From Candidatus Omnitrophota bacterium (GTDB taxonomy: Bacteria; Omnitrophota; Gorgyraeia; S143-82), in NCBI GenBank assembly GCA_015494465.1, contig WGBD01000001.1, positions 116,477 to 180,476 on the forward strand: a stretch of DNA of 64,000 nt, written 5' to 3'. Positions 1-11,095 of the stretch are shown in pieces (the stretch's first letter is position 1; every line of letters begins with the position of its first letter). The translations under genes were made by a program, and so were the position numbers. The notes under the pieces are model-generated. The model did not search any database. It saw only the letters and a list, made by a program, of their open reading frames with translations, and had not been told where the DNA came from.

Positions 1-732
1 CTTGGGATTCACTTTCTTTATGTAGTTCCAGGTTATCTTATCCACCGGGAAAAGGCCTGCCTTTCCTCCGGCCTCTATCGCCATGTTGGCCATGGTGAGC
101 CGACCATCCATAGGCAGTTTGTCTATCACCTCTCCGGTGAACTCCATGGCCTTGTAAAGGGCACCGTCAACTCCGATGTCGCCTATCGTGTAAAGTATCA
201 GGTCCTTACCCGATACCCACTTCTGCAGGGTCCCGTGGTATACGAACCTCATCGTCTCGGGAACCTTCAACCAAACGTGCCCGGTTATCCAGGCCACCGC
301 AAGGTCGGTTGAACCTACCCCGGTAGCAAACGCCCCCAATGCCCCGTAGGTACAGGTGTGGGAATCCGCACCTATCACCAGATCCCCCGGGCAGACCAAG
401 CCCAACTCCGGCAGGAGGGCGTGCTCTATCCCCACCCGTCCTACCTCGTAATAGTGCCTTATCTTGTGGGACTTGGCGAACTCCCTCAACAACTTGCACT
501 GCTGGGCACTCTTTATGTCCTTGTTGGGGGTAAAGTGATCCGGCACCAAGACTACCTTGTTGGGATCCACCAATTTCTTTTTCTTGAGCTTCTCGTACTG
601 CCTTATCGCCAAGGGGGCGGTGATGTCGTTGCCCAGCATGAGGTCTACCTTGGCCCATATAAAGTCTCCCGCCTTGACATCCTTCTGGGTAGTGTGGGCC
701 TGCAATATCTTCTCAGCCATGGTCTTACCCAT
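1..732 (-). CDS. leuC: 3-isopropylmalate dehydratase large subunit (3' end runs off the window; absent from ORF track)
   Basis: Manual translation from ATG at 732: [13 protein letters not shown]...GNDITAPLA...VPDHF...GIEHALLPE...[23 protein letters not shown]...[14 protein letters not shown]. Confidence 0.93.
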   Translation of the reverse strand, partial: MGKTMAEKILQAHTTQKDVKAGDFIWAKVDLMLGNDITAPLAIRQYEKLKKKKLVDPNKVVLVPDHFTPNKDIKSAQQCKLLREFAKSHKIRHYYEVGRVGIEHALLPELGLVCPGDLVIGADSHTCTYGALGAFATGVGSTDLAVAWITGHVWLKVPETMRFVYHGTLQKWVSGKDLILYTIGDIGVDGALYKAMEFTGEVIDKLPMDGRLTMANMAIEAGGKAGLFPVDKITWNYIKKVNPK

Positions 733-1198
733 GATCAACCTCCTCCAGATTTATTATCACTGCCTGTTCCTCGCAATCCGGAAAGTAAGGACAATTCACG
801 CAATCGGTCCATATCTTCCTCGGCAAGGCGTGTTTGTCTATCTGCTTAAATCCCATCTTCAGGAAGAAGTCCGGGACATATGTGAGCGCAAACACCCGGG
901 ACAGACCCAATGTCCTTGCCTCATCCAGGCACCTTTCCACCAATTCCCTGCCAACACCCCTGCCTTGAAGGTCCTCTCGCACCGCCAAGGATCGTATCTC
1001 AGCCAGATCTTCCCAAAAGATGTGCAGTGCACAACAGCCCACTATATTACCACCTTCCTCCGCCACGAAGAAATCCCTTATGTGCTCAAACAGATCCGCC
1101 TTGGAACGGGGAAGGAGCAACTCCTTGCGGGAATAATCCGAGATCAGGGTAAACATCCCTTCGACATCGCCTATGGTGGCCTTTCTAACCGATGCCAT
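725..1198 (-). CDS. GNAT N-acetyltransferase, short ArgA (amino-acid N-acetyltransferase)-like
   Basis: MASVRKAT...LLLPRS...GCCAL...AEIRSLAV...QGRGVG...VFALT...KIWTDC; start moved to ATG 1198, just after the glgC stop. Confidence 0.85.
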   Translation of the reverse strand: MASVRKATIGDVEGMFTLISDYSRKELLLPRSKADLFEHIRDFFVAEEGGNIVGCCALHIFWEDLAEIRSLAVREDLQGRGVGRELVERCLDEARTLGLSRVFALTYVPDFFLKMGFKQIDKHALPRKIWTDCVNCPYFPDCEEQAVIINLEEVDHG

Positions 1199-1206
1199 CA
1201 GATGCC

Positions 1207-2430
1207 TTAAGAGAGTTGGGTGCCCTTGGGAATAACCACTATACCCGAGGGGTGGACATAAAAACGCTTCTTGTCCTCTTCGAGGTCGTAGCCGATCTGG
1301 GTGCCCGGGGGTATGTGGACATCCTTGTCTATTATCGCCCTGCGTATCTTGCAGTACCTTCCCACATTCACCCTGTCCATCAGGATGGAATCCTCCACTA
1401 AGGCATAACTGTTTATCCTTACTCCCGGTGAAAGTATGGAACGATAGACCTTTCCTCCGCTGACGATGCATCCGTTGCTTATCATAGAATCCAGGACCAG
1501 GCCGATCCGCTCCCCGTCTTCTCCACCCGCAAACACCGTCTTGGCGGGCGGTGATTGGACCTGATAGGTGCGAATGGGCCAGTCGCGGTCGTAGAGGTTG
1601 AATTCGGGGGTAACCCGAACCAGATCCATATTGGCCTCGTAATAGGACTCTATCGTGCCTATGTCCCGCCAGTACTTGGGCTTTTTGCCGTTCTTATCCC
1701 GAAAGTTGAAGACATACATCCTGCGCTTTTTCTTCAACATATCGGGCAGTACATTCTTGCCGAAGTCGTGCTGGGAGGACTTCTTGCGGGCGTCCTCCTC
1801 CAGTTCCTCTATGAGGACGTCCCTCTTGAAGACATATATCCCCATGTTAACAAGTATGTGAGAGGGATTGTCGGGGAGTACAACCGGATCCTTGGGCTTC
1901 TCGTGGAAACCAACTATCCTGTTTCCCCTACCCACCTCTATAACTCCGAAGTGGATGGAGGTCTCTTTGGGCATCTCTACCGCCGCCAAGGTGACATCTG
2001 CGTCCATGTAGCGGTGGTAGTCTATCATCTCCCGATAGTCCATCTTGTAGACATGATCGCCGGAAAGGATAAGGACATCTTCAGGCCGTTCCTGCCTGAC
2101 TGCGTAAAGGTTTTGATACACCGCATCCGCGGTGCCCTGATACCACATGTCCCCGACCCTCTGCTGGGCAGGGATTACCTCTATGTACTCGCCTATCTCT
2201 CGGGTGAATATGTTCCAGCCCAGGCTGATGTGTCTCTGCAGAGAGGTTGACTTGTACTGGGTAAGGATGTATATCCTGCGCAGTCCGGAGTTGATGCAGT
2301 TGTTCAGCGGGAAGTCTATTATCCGATAGATACCCCCAAACGGCACCGCGGGCTTTGCCCGGTCCTTGGTAAGGGGATAAAGACGCTCCCCCTTACCGCC
2401 GGCCATTATGAAGGTGAGGATGTCCTTCAC
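1207..2430 (-). CDS. glgC: glucose-1-phosphate adenylyltransferase
   Basis: MAGGKGERLYPLTKDRAKPAVPFGGIYRIIDF, WYQGTADAV, SGDHVYKMDY, YWRDIGT. Confidence 0.96.
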   Translation of the reverse strand: MKDILTFIMAGGKGERLYPLTKDRAKPAVPFGGIYRIIDFPLNNCINSGLRRIYILTQYKSTSLQRHISLGWNIFTREIGEYIEVIPAQQRVGDMWYQGTADAVYQNLYAVRQERPEDVLILSGDHVYKMDYREMIDYHRYMDADVTLAAVEMPKETSIHFGVIEVGRGNRIVGFHEKPKDPVVLPDNPSHILVNMGIYVFKRDVLIEELEEDARKKSSQHDFGKNVLPDMLKKKRRMYVFNFRDKNGKKPKYWRDIGTIESYYEANMDLVRVTPEFNLYDRDWPIRTYQVQSPPAKTVFAGGEDGERIGLVLDSMISNGCIVSGGKVYRSILSPGVRINSYALVEDSILMDRVNVGRYCKIRRAIIDKDVHIPPGTQIGYDLEEDKKRFYVHPSGIVVIPKGTQLS

Positions 2431-2444
2431 CTCTTTCCCTCACA

Positions 2445-3437
2445 TCACTCCTTCATCCAAGGCATCATCTTCCTAAGGCGTTTGCCGACCTCCTCAATCG
2501 GATGCTCCGCCTCTTTCTTACCCAAGGCATTGTAAACTGGCCTTCCTGCCCTGTTCTCAAGGATCCACTCTCGGGCAAATACACCGTCCTGTATCTCTTT
2601 CAATATTTTCTTCATCTCCTCCCTGACTGCGGAGTTTATCACCCGCGGTCCGCGGGTGAGGTCGCCGTATTCCGCGGTATCGGAGACGCGCTTGCGCATA
2701 CCCGCAATACCGACCTCGTATATCATGTCGGTAATCAGTTTCAACTCGTGCAGACACTCAAAGTAGGCTATCTCCGGCTGATAGCCCGCCTCCACCAGCG
2801 TGTCAAATCCTGCCTTTATCAACTGGGAGACACCTCCACAGAGGACTACCTGCTCCCCAAACAGGTCGGTCTCGGTCTCCTCCTTGAAGGTGGTCTCTAT
2901 CGCACCTGCCTTTAATCCCCCTATGGCCTGGGCGTAGGCAAGGGCCAACTTAAGCGCCTGACCGGATGCGTCCTGATGGATGGCGATGAGACAGGGCACT
3001 CCCTTGCCCTCCTCGTACATCTTCCTGACCAGCGAGCCCGGTCCCTTGGGTGCCACCATAAATACATCCACATCCGTGGGCGGGACTATCTGGTTGAAGT
3101 GGATGTTGAAACCGTGGGAAAAGACCAGTGCCTTGCCCTTCTTCATGTGGGGGGCAACGAACTTCTCGTAGACATAGGGCTGAACATGGTCCTGAGTGAG
3201 GATCTGGATGATGTCCCCCTTCTGCGCAGCGGTAGAGGCATCTACCGGCTCAAAACCGTCCTTCTTGGCCTGCTCGTAATTGGGGGTGCCTTTTAGTTCG
3301 GAGACGATCACATTCACCCCGCTGTCCCTGAGGTTAAGGGACTGGGCCCTTCCCTGAATACCGTAGCCGATAACCGCCACCACCTTATCCTTCAGGACCG
3401 ACATATCCGCATCTTTTTCGTAGTAGATCTTCGCCAT
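2445..3437 (-). CDS. ilvC: ketol-acid reductoisomerase
   Basis: [44 protein letters not shown]; start at ATG 3437 after AGGAGG SD. Confidence 0.96.
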   Translation of the reverse strand: MAKIYYEKDADMSVLKDKVVAVIGYGIQGRAQSLNLRDSGVNVIVSELKGTPNYEQAKKDGFEPVDASTAAQKGDIIQILTQDHVQPYVYEKFVAPHMKKGKALVFSHGFNIHFNQIVPPTDVDVFMVAPKGPGSLVRKMYEEGKGVPCLIAIHQDASGQALKLALAYAQAIGGLKAGAIETTFKEETETDLFGEQVVLCGGVSQLIKAGFDTLVEAGYQPEIAYFECLHELKLITDMIYEVGIAGMRKRVSDTAEYGDLTRGPRVINSAVREEMKKILKEIQDGVFAREWILENRAGRPVYNALGKKEAEHPIEEVGKRLRKMMPWMKE

Positions 3438-3463
3438 CGCTAACCTCCTTTTACATGTTTCTA

Positions 3464-5122
3464 TCAAAGTTGATAAACCGCCCCTTTAGAGGCAGAAGTA
3501 ACGAATCTGGAATAGCGGGCCAGATAGCCCTTGGTTATCTTCGGAGGGAGCAACTTCATCTCCTTCTTCCTGCGCTCTAATTCCTCGTCGGAGACCAAGA
3601 GGGTTATCCTCTTGCCCGGTATGTCTATCTCTATCTCATCTCCATCTTTGACATAGGCTATCGGTCCTCCTTCAGCCGCCTCAGGAGAGACATGACCTAT
3701 GCAGGGGCCTCTGGTACCTCCGGAGAACCTCCCGTCGGTTATCAGGGCAACCGACTCACCTAACCCCATTCCGATAACCGCAGAGGTGGGCGCCAACATC
3801 TCCCGCATCCCCGGACCACCTTTGGGTCCCTCGTAGCGTATCACTATCACCGTGCCGGGCTGTATCTTCCCGCCGAGTATCTCCTGAAGGGCATCCTCTT
3901 CCCGGTCGAAACAACGGGCCTTGCCCTTAAACCTCAACATCTTGTCGCTGACCGCGGACTGCTTTACCACCGCCCCCTCGGGGGCCAGATTGCCAAACAG
4001 GACCGCCAGTCCTCCCTCGGGATGATAGGGCTTGTCTATCGGACGCAGGACATCAGAGTAGAAGACCTGTGCCCTTTCCTGTATCTGCTTCACGGTATAA
4101 CCGCTCACCGTAGGGTTATCCTTGATCCTGTCTCCCAGTGTCTTCAGGACCGCAGGGATACCTCCCGCCCAGTGTAGGTCCTCCATAAAGTATTCCCCAC
4201 CCGGGCGCAGACTGGCTATGTGGGGGGTCTTTTTGCTTATCTCGTCAAAGACCTCCAGAGGAAGATCCACCTCCGCCTCGTGGGCGACCGCCAGAAGGTG
4301 TAGGACCGTATTCGTGGATCCACCGAGGGCCATGTCCACGGTAATCGCGTTCTCAAAGGCACTGCGGGTCATTATGTCTCGAGGCCGGACGTTCTCCTTT
4401 ACCAGTTCCACTATCCTCTCACCGCTGTAGGTGGCAATGCGCTTCTTCTCTGCCAACACCGCAGGAGCGGTGCCACAGCCCGGAAGGCTCATACCCAAGG
4501 CCTCAGTAAGGCAGGCCATCGTATTCGCGGTGTAGAGTCCCTGACAGGAACCCGCACCCGGACAGGCGCAGACCTCAAGGTTGTTTAAGGTCGCCTCGTC
4601 TATCTCCCCCTTCTTGTAGCGGGCCAGGGCCTCGAAGGTATCCCTCACCAGAGAGAGCCTCTGTCCCGCAAAGTTGCCGGCTATCATCGGCCCGGCGGTA
4701 ACCACTATGGCAGGAATGTTCAACCTGGCTATTGCCATCAGCATGCCAGGGGTAATCTTGTCGCAGTTGGTCAGGCACACCAGACCGTCAAACTTGTGGG
4801 CCTCCACCACGCATTCTATCGCATCCGCTATCAACTCCCTCGAGGGCAGGGAGTAAAACATCCCGCTGTGGCCCATCGCGATGCCGTCGCATATACCCGG
4901 GATACCGAAGATGAACGGCACCCCGCCCCCATAGGCAACGCCCCTCTCCACGAACCTCTCCAAAGAGCGCATCTCCACATGGCCGGGAATTATGTCGGTG
5001 AATGCAGAGGCAATGCCTATAAACGGCCGGGAAAAGTCCTTCTTATTTATACCCGTCGCGTACAGAAGGGCCCGGTGAGGCACCCGCTCTAGGCCCTTCT
5101 TTACCTCGTCGCTCCTCATCAC
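3464..5122 (-). CDS. ilvD: dihydroxy-acid dehydratase
   Basis: [57 protein letters not shown]. Confidence 0.96.
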   Translation of the reverse strand: MMRSDEVKKGLERVPHRALLYATGINKKDFSRPFIGIASAFTDIIPGHVEMRSLERFVERGVAYGGGVPFIFGIPGICDGIAMGHSGMFYSLPSRELIADAIECVVEAHKFDGLVCLTNCDKITPGMLMAIARLNIPAIVVTAGPMIAGNFAGQRLSLVRDTFEALARYKKGEIDEATLNNLEVCACPGAGSCQGLYTANTMACLTEALGMSLPGCGTAPAVLAEKKRIATYSGERIVELVKENVRPRDIMTRSAFENAITVDMALGGSTNTVLHLLAVAHEAEVDLPLEVFDEISKKTPHIASLRPGGEYFMEDLHWAGGIPAVLKTLGDRIKDNPTVSGYTVKQIQERAQVFYSDVLRPIDKPYHPEGGLAVLFGNLAPEGAVVKQSAVSDKMLRFKGKARCFDREEDALQEILGGKIQPGTVIVIRYEGPKGGPGMREMLAPTSAVIGMGLGESVALITDGRFSGGTRGPCIGHVSPEAAEGGPIAYVKDGDEIEIDIPGKRITLLVSDEELERRKKEMKLLPPKITKGYLARYSRFVTSASKGAVYQL

Positions 5123-6516
5123 TCGCCCCCTTCAAACGAATAGTCCACATTCGCACCGAAGTCCGCAGGGGTCTTCTTGACATCCACCCTCTTGACGAAC
5201 TTCTCTACCACATCCGCATTGTTCTTGGCCCCCAACTGGTCAAACAGGAACTCGAACTTCTTCTCCAACTCCCCTGCGATCTCGTTCCTAACCTCCTCGG
5301 GCATGGTCCAGAACTCTCTCTTGAACTGACCGAATCCTCGCTTGCGGTTCTTGTAGATGAACTGCTCGTCGGTCTCGTCGGGTTTCTTGGTGGAACCGTA
5401 CTTCTCGTACAGCCAGTCGTATATCTTCTTCTTCAGGTCCTGCGGGAAGGCAGGGCTGTCGTAGATTATGTTCTGGAATCCGGTGGCAAGGTGTATCTCA
5501 AGGGTGTCCACCTCCACGAATTTGTGGAACATCTCGTCGGGGAGGGTGGATGCCCCGTGCTGGACGGTACCCCCTATGCCGTACTCCTTTCGGCAGATCT
5601 CACCCAAGACCCGATGAATCTCAAAGTCCACCTTCACCTTGGCGACGGTCCCGTCGGGCAGGACCACACCTCCGTGAGAGGTCCCGGTCTGGACGCTCAC
5701 CTTGCTGATACCCACGACATCGCCCAATTCCCGTCTCAGACCGTCCATAAAGGCCCTCAACTCCTCGGGGGTGGAGTTGTGCTCCCCGACCTCACCTATC
5801 TCTCCACCGACGGAAATGGTAATCCCTTCGGGCTGTTTTTCCCTTATGTACTTAGTGAGCTGGGCACAGACCTCGTAGTTCAGTTTCTGCTGTTCGTTAA
5901 CATCCTCGTAAGAGAGGTCCACCAATGTGGAGGTGTCTATGTCTATGTTGTAGAATCCGGCAGATATGGCCTCGTCTATCAGGGCCTTCAATCCTGCGAT
6001 CTCCTTTTCGGGATCCGCCTTGTAGTTCTTCGCGTTCACCTGAAAGTGATCGCCCTGTATGAACACCGGTCCGGCGTAGCCCTCCTTTATCGCTGCAGCG
6101 AGGATAGAGGCGGAATAATCCGCAGGGGGCTGGGCAGTATAGCCTATCTCCGAGCGGGCTATCTCGAAGATAAAGGTCTTGGTATTCAACCTCTTGGCCA
6201 CCCGATAGACCGCCCTTGCGGAATCGTAGGTCAGACCCCGCAGGTTAAGGGCGGGGACGGTCGTCCCCCTCCAGGCATCGCTGGCCCGGGCGATGTAGAA
6301 TTCGTGGATAGAGGCCGGGTATATCCCCCTCTGCCTCGCTATCTCCCAAATCAGGAACCGGCAATAGGCCCGCAATTGCTCGTCCTCACCCAATGCCTGC
6401 TCGTAGACGAGATCGTCTATCGCCTTGGAAAGCAAGAGGCTTTCGTCTTTGATTACCACCTGCCCGTCCTTTACCTCTATGGCACTGCGCACCGCTTCCG
6501 ACAGCCTTTCCAACAT
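5119..6516 (-). CDS. class II (metal-dependent) fructose-bisphosphate-type aldolase, long form
   Basis: [32 protein letters not shown] metal/substrate motifs of class II aldolases. Confidence 0.78.
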   Translation of the reverse strand: MLERLSEAVRSAIEVKDGQVVIKDESLLLSKAIDDLVYEQALGEDEQLRAYCRFLIWEIARQRGIYPASIHEFYIARASDAWRGTTVPALNLRGLTYDSARAVYRVAKRLNTKTFIFEIARSEIGYTAQPPADYSASILAAAIKEGYAGPVFIQGDHFQVNAKNYKADPEKEIAGLKALIDEAISAGFYNIDIDTSTLVDLSYEDVNEQQKLNYEVCAQLTKYIREKQPEGITISVGGEIGEVGEHNSTPEELRAFMDGLRRELGDVVGISKVSVQTGTSHGGVVLPDGTVAKVKVDFEIHRVLGEICRKEYGIGGTVQHGASTLPDEMFHKFVEVDTLEIHLATGFQNIIYDSPAFPQDLKKKIYDWLYEKYGSTKKPDETDEQFIYKNRKRGFGQFKREFWTMPEEVRNEIAGELEKKFEFLFDQLGAKNNADVVEKFVKRVDVKKTPADFGANVDYSFEGGE

Positions 6517-6602
6517 GTTCTCCTCCTTCGGTTAGACGAGGTCCAAACTAGCCAACGAAACTCTTTACGGGACAATCCGTTTCGCCCCTAAAACAAAAAA
6601 TC

Positions 6603-6695
6603 TGGCGGAGAGGCAGGGATTTGAACCCTGGGTACCCCTTGTGGGGGTACATGCGATTTCCAGTCGCACCCGTTCGTCCGCTCCGGCACCTCTCC
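6603..6695 (-). tRNA. tRNA-Ser(GGA)
   Basis: GGAGAGGTGCCGGAGCGG...GCGA-CTGGAAA-TCGC, long variable arm, GGTTCAAATCC, encoded CCA. Confidence 0.96.
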
Positions 6696-6709
6696 GTTGC
6701 AGAGACACT

Positions 6710-6739
6710 ATATTACCACGCAGGCCTAAAGCCCAGCAA
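6710..6739 (-). promoter_or_regulatory. putative sigma70 promoter of tRNA-Ser
   Basis: TTGCTG-18 nt-TAATAT with TG extension, 14 nt upstream of the tRNA. Confidence 0.5.
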
Positions 6740-7364
6740 GAGGACAATTCGCGCATAGGGGCTGGCGCTTCTTGCAGTACTCCTTACCCACCTTCACCAA
6801 CAGGGCGTGGAACTCGTTGTAAAGGCTTACATCCTTGGGGATGGATTCGGTTATCAGACTCTGAAGTTGATGATAGTCAACATCTTCAAAACACAACCCG
6901 TGGCGGGAGAATATCCGCTTGGTGTAGGCATCCACTACGAAGGCCAACTTGTTTCCCGCGTAGAGGAGTATGGAATCCACCGTCTCCGGTCCCAGCCCCG
7001 GGATGGAGAGGAGTTTCCCCCTAAGGGTATCCGTATCCTCGGCAAACATCCGTTCCAGATCCCCCTGATATTCTTCCCAGAGGAAGTCCACCAGGGCCTT
7101 CAACCTCTTCGCCTTCACATTGAAGTATCCAGAGGGGCGAATGGCCTCGGCTATGGCCTCCAAAGGCAGAGAATGCAGGGCCTGCGGAGAGAGCCATCCC
7201 CTCTCCTTCAGGTTGCCTATCGCCTTCTCCACATTGGCCCAGTTGGTGTTCTGGGTAAGGACCGCGCCCACCATCACCTCAAATGGCGTCTCCCCCGGCC
7301 ACCAGTGCTGGGGGCCGAATCTCTGGTAAAGCAATTCGTACATGCGATATATCTTGTCGTCCAT
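6726..7364 (-). CDS. HhH-GPD superfamily DNA glycosylase (endonuclease III-related)
   Basis: QHWWPGETPFEV, LTQNTNWANVE, LLSIPGLGPETVDSIL, FVVDAY, C-terminal Cys cluster. Confidence 0.88.
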   Translation of the reverse strand: MDDKIYRMYELLYQRFGPQHWWPGETPFEVMVGAVLTQNTNWANVEKAIGNLKERGWLSPQALHSLPLEAIAEAIRPSGYFNVKAKRLKALVDFLWEEYQGDLERMFAEDTDTLRGKLLSIPGLGPETVDSILLYAGNKLAFVVDAYTKRIFSRHGLCFEDVDYHQLQSLITESIPKDVSLYNEFHALLVKVGKEYCKKRQPLCANCPLAGL

Positions 7365-7366
7365 AA

Positions 7367-9739
7367 CTACTCGAGCTTTAACAGGAGCCTCTGGCGAAGC
7401 ATCCTGCTCAGGGATTCTTTTTCTTCCTTGTAGCGGGGATAATCCTCGGGCGCAATCGTCCTCGTCTTCAATACATAGTCTATCCTCTCCTCGACCACCG
7501 CACCCTTATCTTTGGGCCTAAATTCGTATTGGACCTCACACCTAAACCAGGGCGTGTCCTTGACCACCTTTTCCGGGAGGAATACCGCCCTGACCGGTCT
7601 GCCGAATAGGAATTGATATACATCTTGCCGGTGATAAGGCGCCATCTTCTCCAAGGGATAGCGCCTCTGGGGCAGTATCACATCCGATAGATCCACCCCG
7701 ACGAAACTGGGGAGTATGCGATAATCTCCCGCCCGGAGAACCACCTCGCCTTCCCCCTTAAATCGGTATTCGAGGACGACCGGGCGATCTGGCTTCTCCA
7801 GATCCTTAACCTGATAGTCCACCACCCGAGCGGACGGCAGTATGGACTTGGCCTTGGTCTCCAGTTGCTGGCGAATCAACTCGGGCATGGTGTACTCCAG
7901 CCAGTACCTCTGTCCCGAGGCAAAGGCCCCGGTGGCCACTACCCTGCGATCCGCAACCACCAGATCACCGTCTTCCTGCCGATCTATCTTGGTGAGGATC
8001 TCTATACGATTGTGCTCGGGAGGGAACAGGGGAGTACGGCTGAGTTTCAGCCCGTTTTCGGTGTATATCAACACCCCCCTATCTTGATCCGAGGGTGGGA
8101 GGTCCCCGAACCCGCAGGTAGAGGCAGTAGGGTCCATAAATACCCACTTGCGGTCGAGCTTCACCACCGCTATCGCGTGATTGAACAGGACCACCGGAAA
8201 GGACTTATCCACATCCGGCAGGTCCCGGGTGGGGATTATCACCGGATAGGCCTCCAACCCCGCCGACCTCAGCATAGTTATCAGGAGTATCGACTGATCC
8301 TTGCAATCGCCGTACTTGTTGGAGAATATCTCCTCCGCGGAGTGGGGTTCGTACCCTGCCTTGCCGTACTCCACCGCCACATACCTTATCTCCTTGGCGC
8401 AGTAGTGGTATATCCTCCTGGCCTTCTCCTCTTCCGAAGCAGTCCCCTCCACCAATTCTGCCACCTTCTCTTTTATCGCCTTCGTGGCCTTTATCTTGTC
8501 CTTTGCCAAGGCCCACCACCAGCGGTATATCTGATCCCAGGAGGCAAAACTGGAGTATATCCTCACCGGCACCACGTTTATCAAGGATGGCATACTCGGC
8601 TCGGGGATGACCTGAGGGACATCCTCAAAACGCCAGGTCATCACCAACGAATCCCCCTCGCGCCTTACCTCGGGAGAGAAACTCCCCTTCAGGGGCTCGT
8701 GCCCTGAATTTATGTCCCGATAGCGCAGGTGTAGAGAGGCAGGCACCTTTAGGACATCCTCGTACTCCAAGACCGGTTCTCTACCCTGAGGGGAGATGTA
8801 ATAGACCAGGTGCTCGTCCGCCAGCATCTTGTTGTCCGTAAGTTCCACCTCGTACTCTATCAACGATCCGGGCACCACCTCGGGCATAGAGACTATCGTC
8901 GCCCGGGCGTTGCTGTACAACGGGAAGTTCTTGTACAGGGATACATCCCGTATGTGCTTCTTGCCCACCTTAACGACCCTGCGATCCGGAGTGATGGTGC
9001 GGGCAAAGACCAGCCTCACGGTCTCGTAGGTGGAATCGTAAGGTATGACGACCTCTCCAAACTCCTCTTTTCCCCTGTCGTTGAGTATCTTTCTCAATAC
9101 GTGCCACCTCTGGCGCACCTTCTTATCCTTCGTGACCTCGGTAGTATAGCGCTCAAATATGACTACCGACCCCGCCTCGGGGAATTTTTCAGCAGTTGCA
9201 CTCTCTATCCTCTGCCATAACTCCGGAGAGAACAGACCGCTCGCAGATTCCCCCATGCCCTCTTCTATCCGCTTCAACTCTTCTTGACCCAAGGAATAAA
9301 ACTTGCTATCCCTTGGGATCATCCTCAACTGCCTGCGGGCTTGAGGGAAAAGGTTGAGTTTTTCACAGGCAAGGGCAAAGAGATAACGCGACTCCCAATC
9401 CTCATCCAGATCCAAGCGCTCCCAAAGACTGACCGCATCGGTGTACCTGCCGAGGTGATAGTAGACCCTGGCAAGGAGTTTCTTGCACTCCTCCTTACCG
9501 CATCCGCTCAGGACCTTCTCTGCAGACTCGTATTGACCAATATCAACGAGAACTTTGGCCTCCTCCAGAATGTATGTATCGTCGTGCGTGGTCTCGTAGA
9601 GGTGGTTGAGTTCCTCGATTGCAGACTGCAACAGGGCCTTGGCCTCCTTCACCTTTTCCTTTATCGCCTCAAGGTCCTCTCCTCCCGAGACGACCCCCAA
9701 ACAGAACAAGAGCCCGAGATAAACCACCAACTTCCTCAC
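7367..9739 (-). CDS. secreted TPR + DUF3857 + transglutaminase-like protein
   Basis: Signal-peptide-like N-terminus from GTG 9739 (GTGA overlap with upstream gene), TPR-like helices, IRYVAVEYG, GDCKD, FNHAI, DPT triad. Confidence 0.82.
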   Translation of the reverse strand: MRKLVVYLGLLFCLGVVSGGEDLEAIKEKVKEAKALLQSAIEELNHLYETTHDDTYILEEAKVLVDIGQYESAEKVLSGCGKEECKKLLARVYYHLGRYTDAVSLWERLDLDEDWESRYLFALACEKLNLFPQARRQLRMIPRDSKFYSLGQEELKRIEEGMGESASGLFSPELWQRIESATAEKFPEAGSVVIFERYTTEVTKDKKVRQRWHVLRKILNDRGKEEFGEVVIPYDSTYETVRLVFARTITPDRRVVKVGKKHIRDVSLYKNFPLYSNARATIVSMPEVVPGSLIEYEVELTDNKMLADEHLVYYISPQGREPVLEYEDVLKVPASLHLRYRDINSGHEPLKGSFSPEVRREGDSLVMTWRFEDVPQVIPEPSMPSLINVVPVRIYSSFASWDQIYRWWWALAKDKIKATKAIKEKVAELVEGTASEEEKARRIYHYCAKEIRYVAVEYGKAGYEPHSAEEIFSNKYGDCKDQSILLITMLRSAGLEAYPVIIPTRDLPDVDKSFPVVLFNHAIAVVKLDRKWVFMDPTASTCGFGDLPPSDQDRGVLIYTENGLKLSRTPLFPPEHNRIEILTKIDRQEDGDLVVADRRVVATGAFASGQRYWLEYTMPELIRQQLETKAKSILPSARVVDYQVKDLEKPDRPVVLEYRFKGEGEVVLRAGDYRILPSFVGVDLSDVILPQRRYPLEKMAPYHRQDVYQFLFGRPVRAVFLPEKVVKDTPWFRCEVQYEFRPKDKGAVVEERIDYVLKTRTIAPEDYPRYKEEKESLSRMLRQRLLLKLE

Positions 9740-10284
9740 ATCAACCCCCTTTCCTCTAACCAGTCCTCGACATCCCTTCCCAGGAGCTGGTTTACTATCC
9801 AGAAGAATACACCCGCGGTCAAGAGCACATCCTGTTCCGCCCAATGGATCCCGCGTATCTCCAGACCAATCCGCCTTGCAACCGCAGACAACCTGTAACT
9901 CCTCAACCCCGGAAGGTGTGTCCGGACCATCTCCAGGACATCCACCACAGGCAGATCAGGCATCTGCCTGCCACACCGTTCCAGTTCACTCCTCAGGAAG
10001 CCCAGGTCAAACCCCACATTGTATCCGAGTATCACCCCATCCAATTCCTCCAGGACCTCCTCTGCTATCTCTGAGAAGGGATGGGCGGTCTCCACCAGCA
10101 CGGGGGCTATACCGTGTATCCGAGCCACCTTCTCCGGTATAGGCCCACCCGGTCTAACCAACCGCACATAACGGGACAAAAGGCGCCTGTCCCCGGAAAA
10201 GCCCAATATCGCTATCTCGCATATCCGGTCGCGCTCCGCGGAAAGGCCTGTCGTCTCCACATCCAGAAAAGTAAGCTTGAACAT
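9736..10284 (-). CDS. DEDDh 3'-5' exonuclease (DnaQ-like)
   Basis: LDVETTG, YNVGFD, HWAEQD (ExoI-III motifs). Confidence 0.88.
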   Translation of the reverse strand: MFKLTFLDVETTGLSAERDRICEIAILGFSGDRRLLSRYVRLVRPGGPIPEKVARIHGIAPVLVETAHPFSEIAEEVLEELDGVILGYNVGFDLGFLRSELERCGRQMPDLPVVDVLEMVRTHLPGLRSYRLSAVARRIGLEIRGIHWAEQDVLLTAGVFFWIVNQLLGRDVEDWLEERGLM

Positions 10285-10285
10285 C

Positions 10286-11095
10286 CTACACTCCCAACTC
10301 CAACCTGTACTGAGGGATGAGAAACCTCGGTCCGTACAGGTTTTTATTGTACATCAGACTGTCAAGCATATTACAGCCCAATGTATTGAGCCACCTCGCT
10401 CCCCGGGTAAGGACCTCCTGCACCACGCAATAGAACAAAAAAGCGGAAAACCTGCGCCAGTCCGCCCGACAGAACTCAAACACCTGCCAGGCCCAGGCAC
10501 CACCTCTCTCCGCCAAGGCAGAACCCCATCCGACCAATCGTCCATTCCTGAAAAGCCCTATCTCTACCACATCATAGAACTCTTCTATAATCGACCTATT
10601 CTCCATAAACGCCTCTACCACCTCCCGCATAGAGGTAGCGGTCAACTCCGCCTCGCCCTGCCCTGCCTTTGCCCGCGCCCAATCCCCGACCACAGCAAGG
10701 ACATCCGCGCAATCAACCCCCCTTCCCCGACGGACCACAAACAGACCCTTACCTTCTCTTATAATCGCCCTCCGCTTCCTGTCTATCCGCCGCAGGAGAG
10801 GCCCCACCTCATAGACGAACTCGGCATCCACCAATCTCAGCCTACCAAGGCCTTCGTTCAACTGAGAAAGACACAGCGCATTGGCAAAACTCACCCCCTC
10901 AGGCAGTCCCTCTATCCTGCCCTCTCCCAAGAAAAACCCCCCATACCGTCCTATCGCATCCTCTACGATCACCCAATCCCCCTGCACATACCACCTGCTC
11001 CCGGGATAATTGAAGAGCAGAGAAACGGGATTGCAAAAGAATGGCCTGCAGTCCGGAAAGATAAAGTCGTATCTGGAAATCAATTCCCCGATCAA
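10286..11095 (-). CDS. hypothetical protein, possibly DUF2156/GNAT-fold
   Basis: Tightly coupled to both neighbours; C-terminal FEF...WLN...SLMYNKNLYGP loosely resembles DUF2156/Fem-type acyltransferase tails. Confidence 0.5.
   Translation of the reverse strand: MIGELISRYDFIFPDCRPFFCNPVSLLFNYPGSRWYVQGDWVIVEDAIGRYGGFFLGEGRIEGLPEGVSFANALCLSQLNEGLGRLRLVDAEFVYEVGPLLRRIDRKRRAIIREGKGLFVVRRGRGVDCADVLAVVGDWARAKAGQGEAELTATSMREVVEAFMENRSIIEEFYDVVEIGLFRNGRLVGWGSALAERGGAWAWQVFEFCRADWRRFSAFLFYCVVQEVLTRGARWLNTLGCNMLDSLMYNKNLYGPRFLIPQYRLELGV

Noticed and set aside
1199-1471. N-terminal extension of the GNAT ORF given in the track
   Set aside because: It overlaps glgC in another frame; family similarity begins at MASVRKA (1198)
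5491-6591. Long + strand ORF (366 aa) and the many similar antisense ORFs in the track (e.g. 10277-11134, 12217-13029, 54261-55100)
   Set aside because: They lie opposite well-supported - strand genes, show no recognisable motifs, and are expected from codon bias
6517-6603. Integration site at tRNA-Ser
   Set aside because: Flanked by core metabolic genes with no att repeat or recombinase
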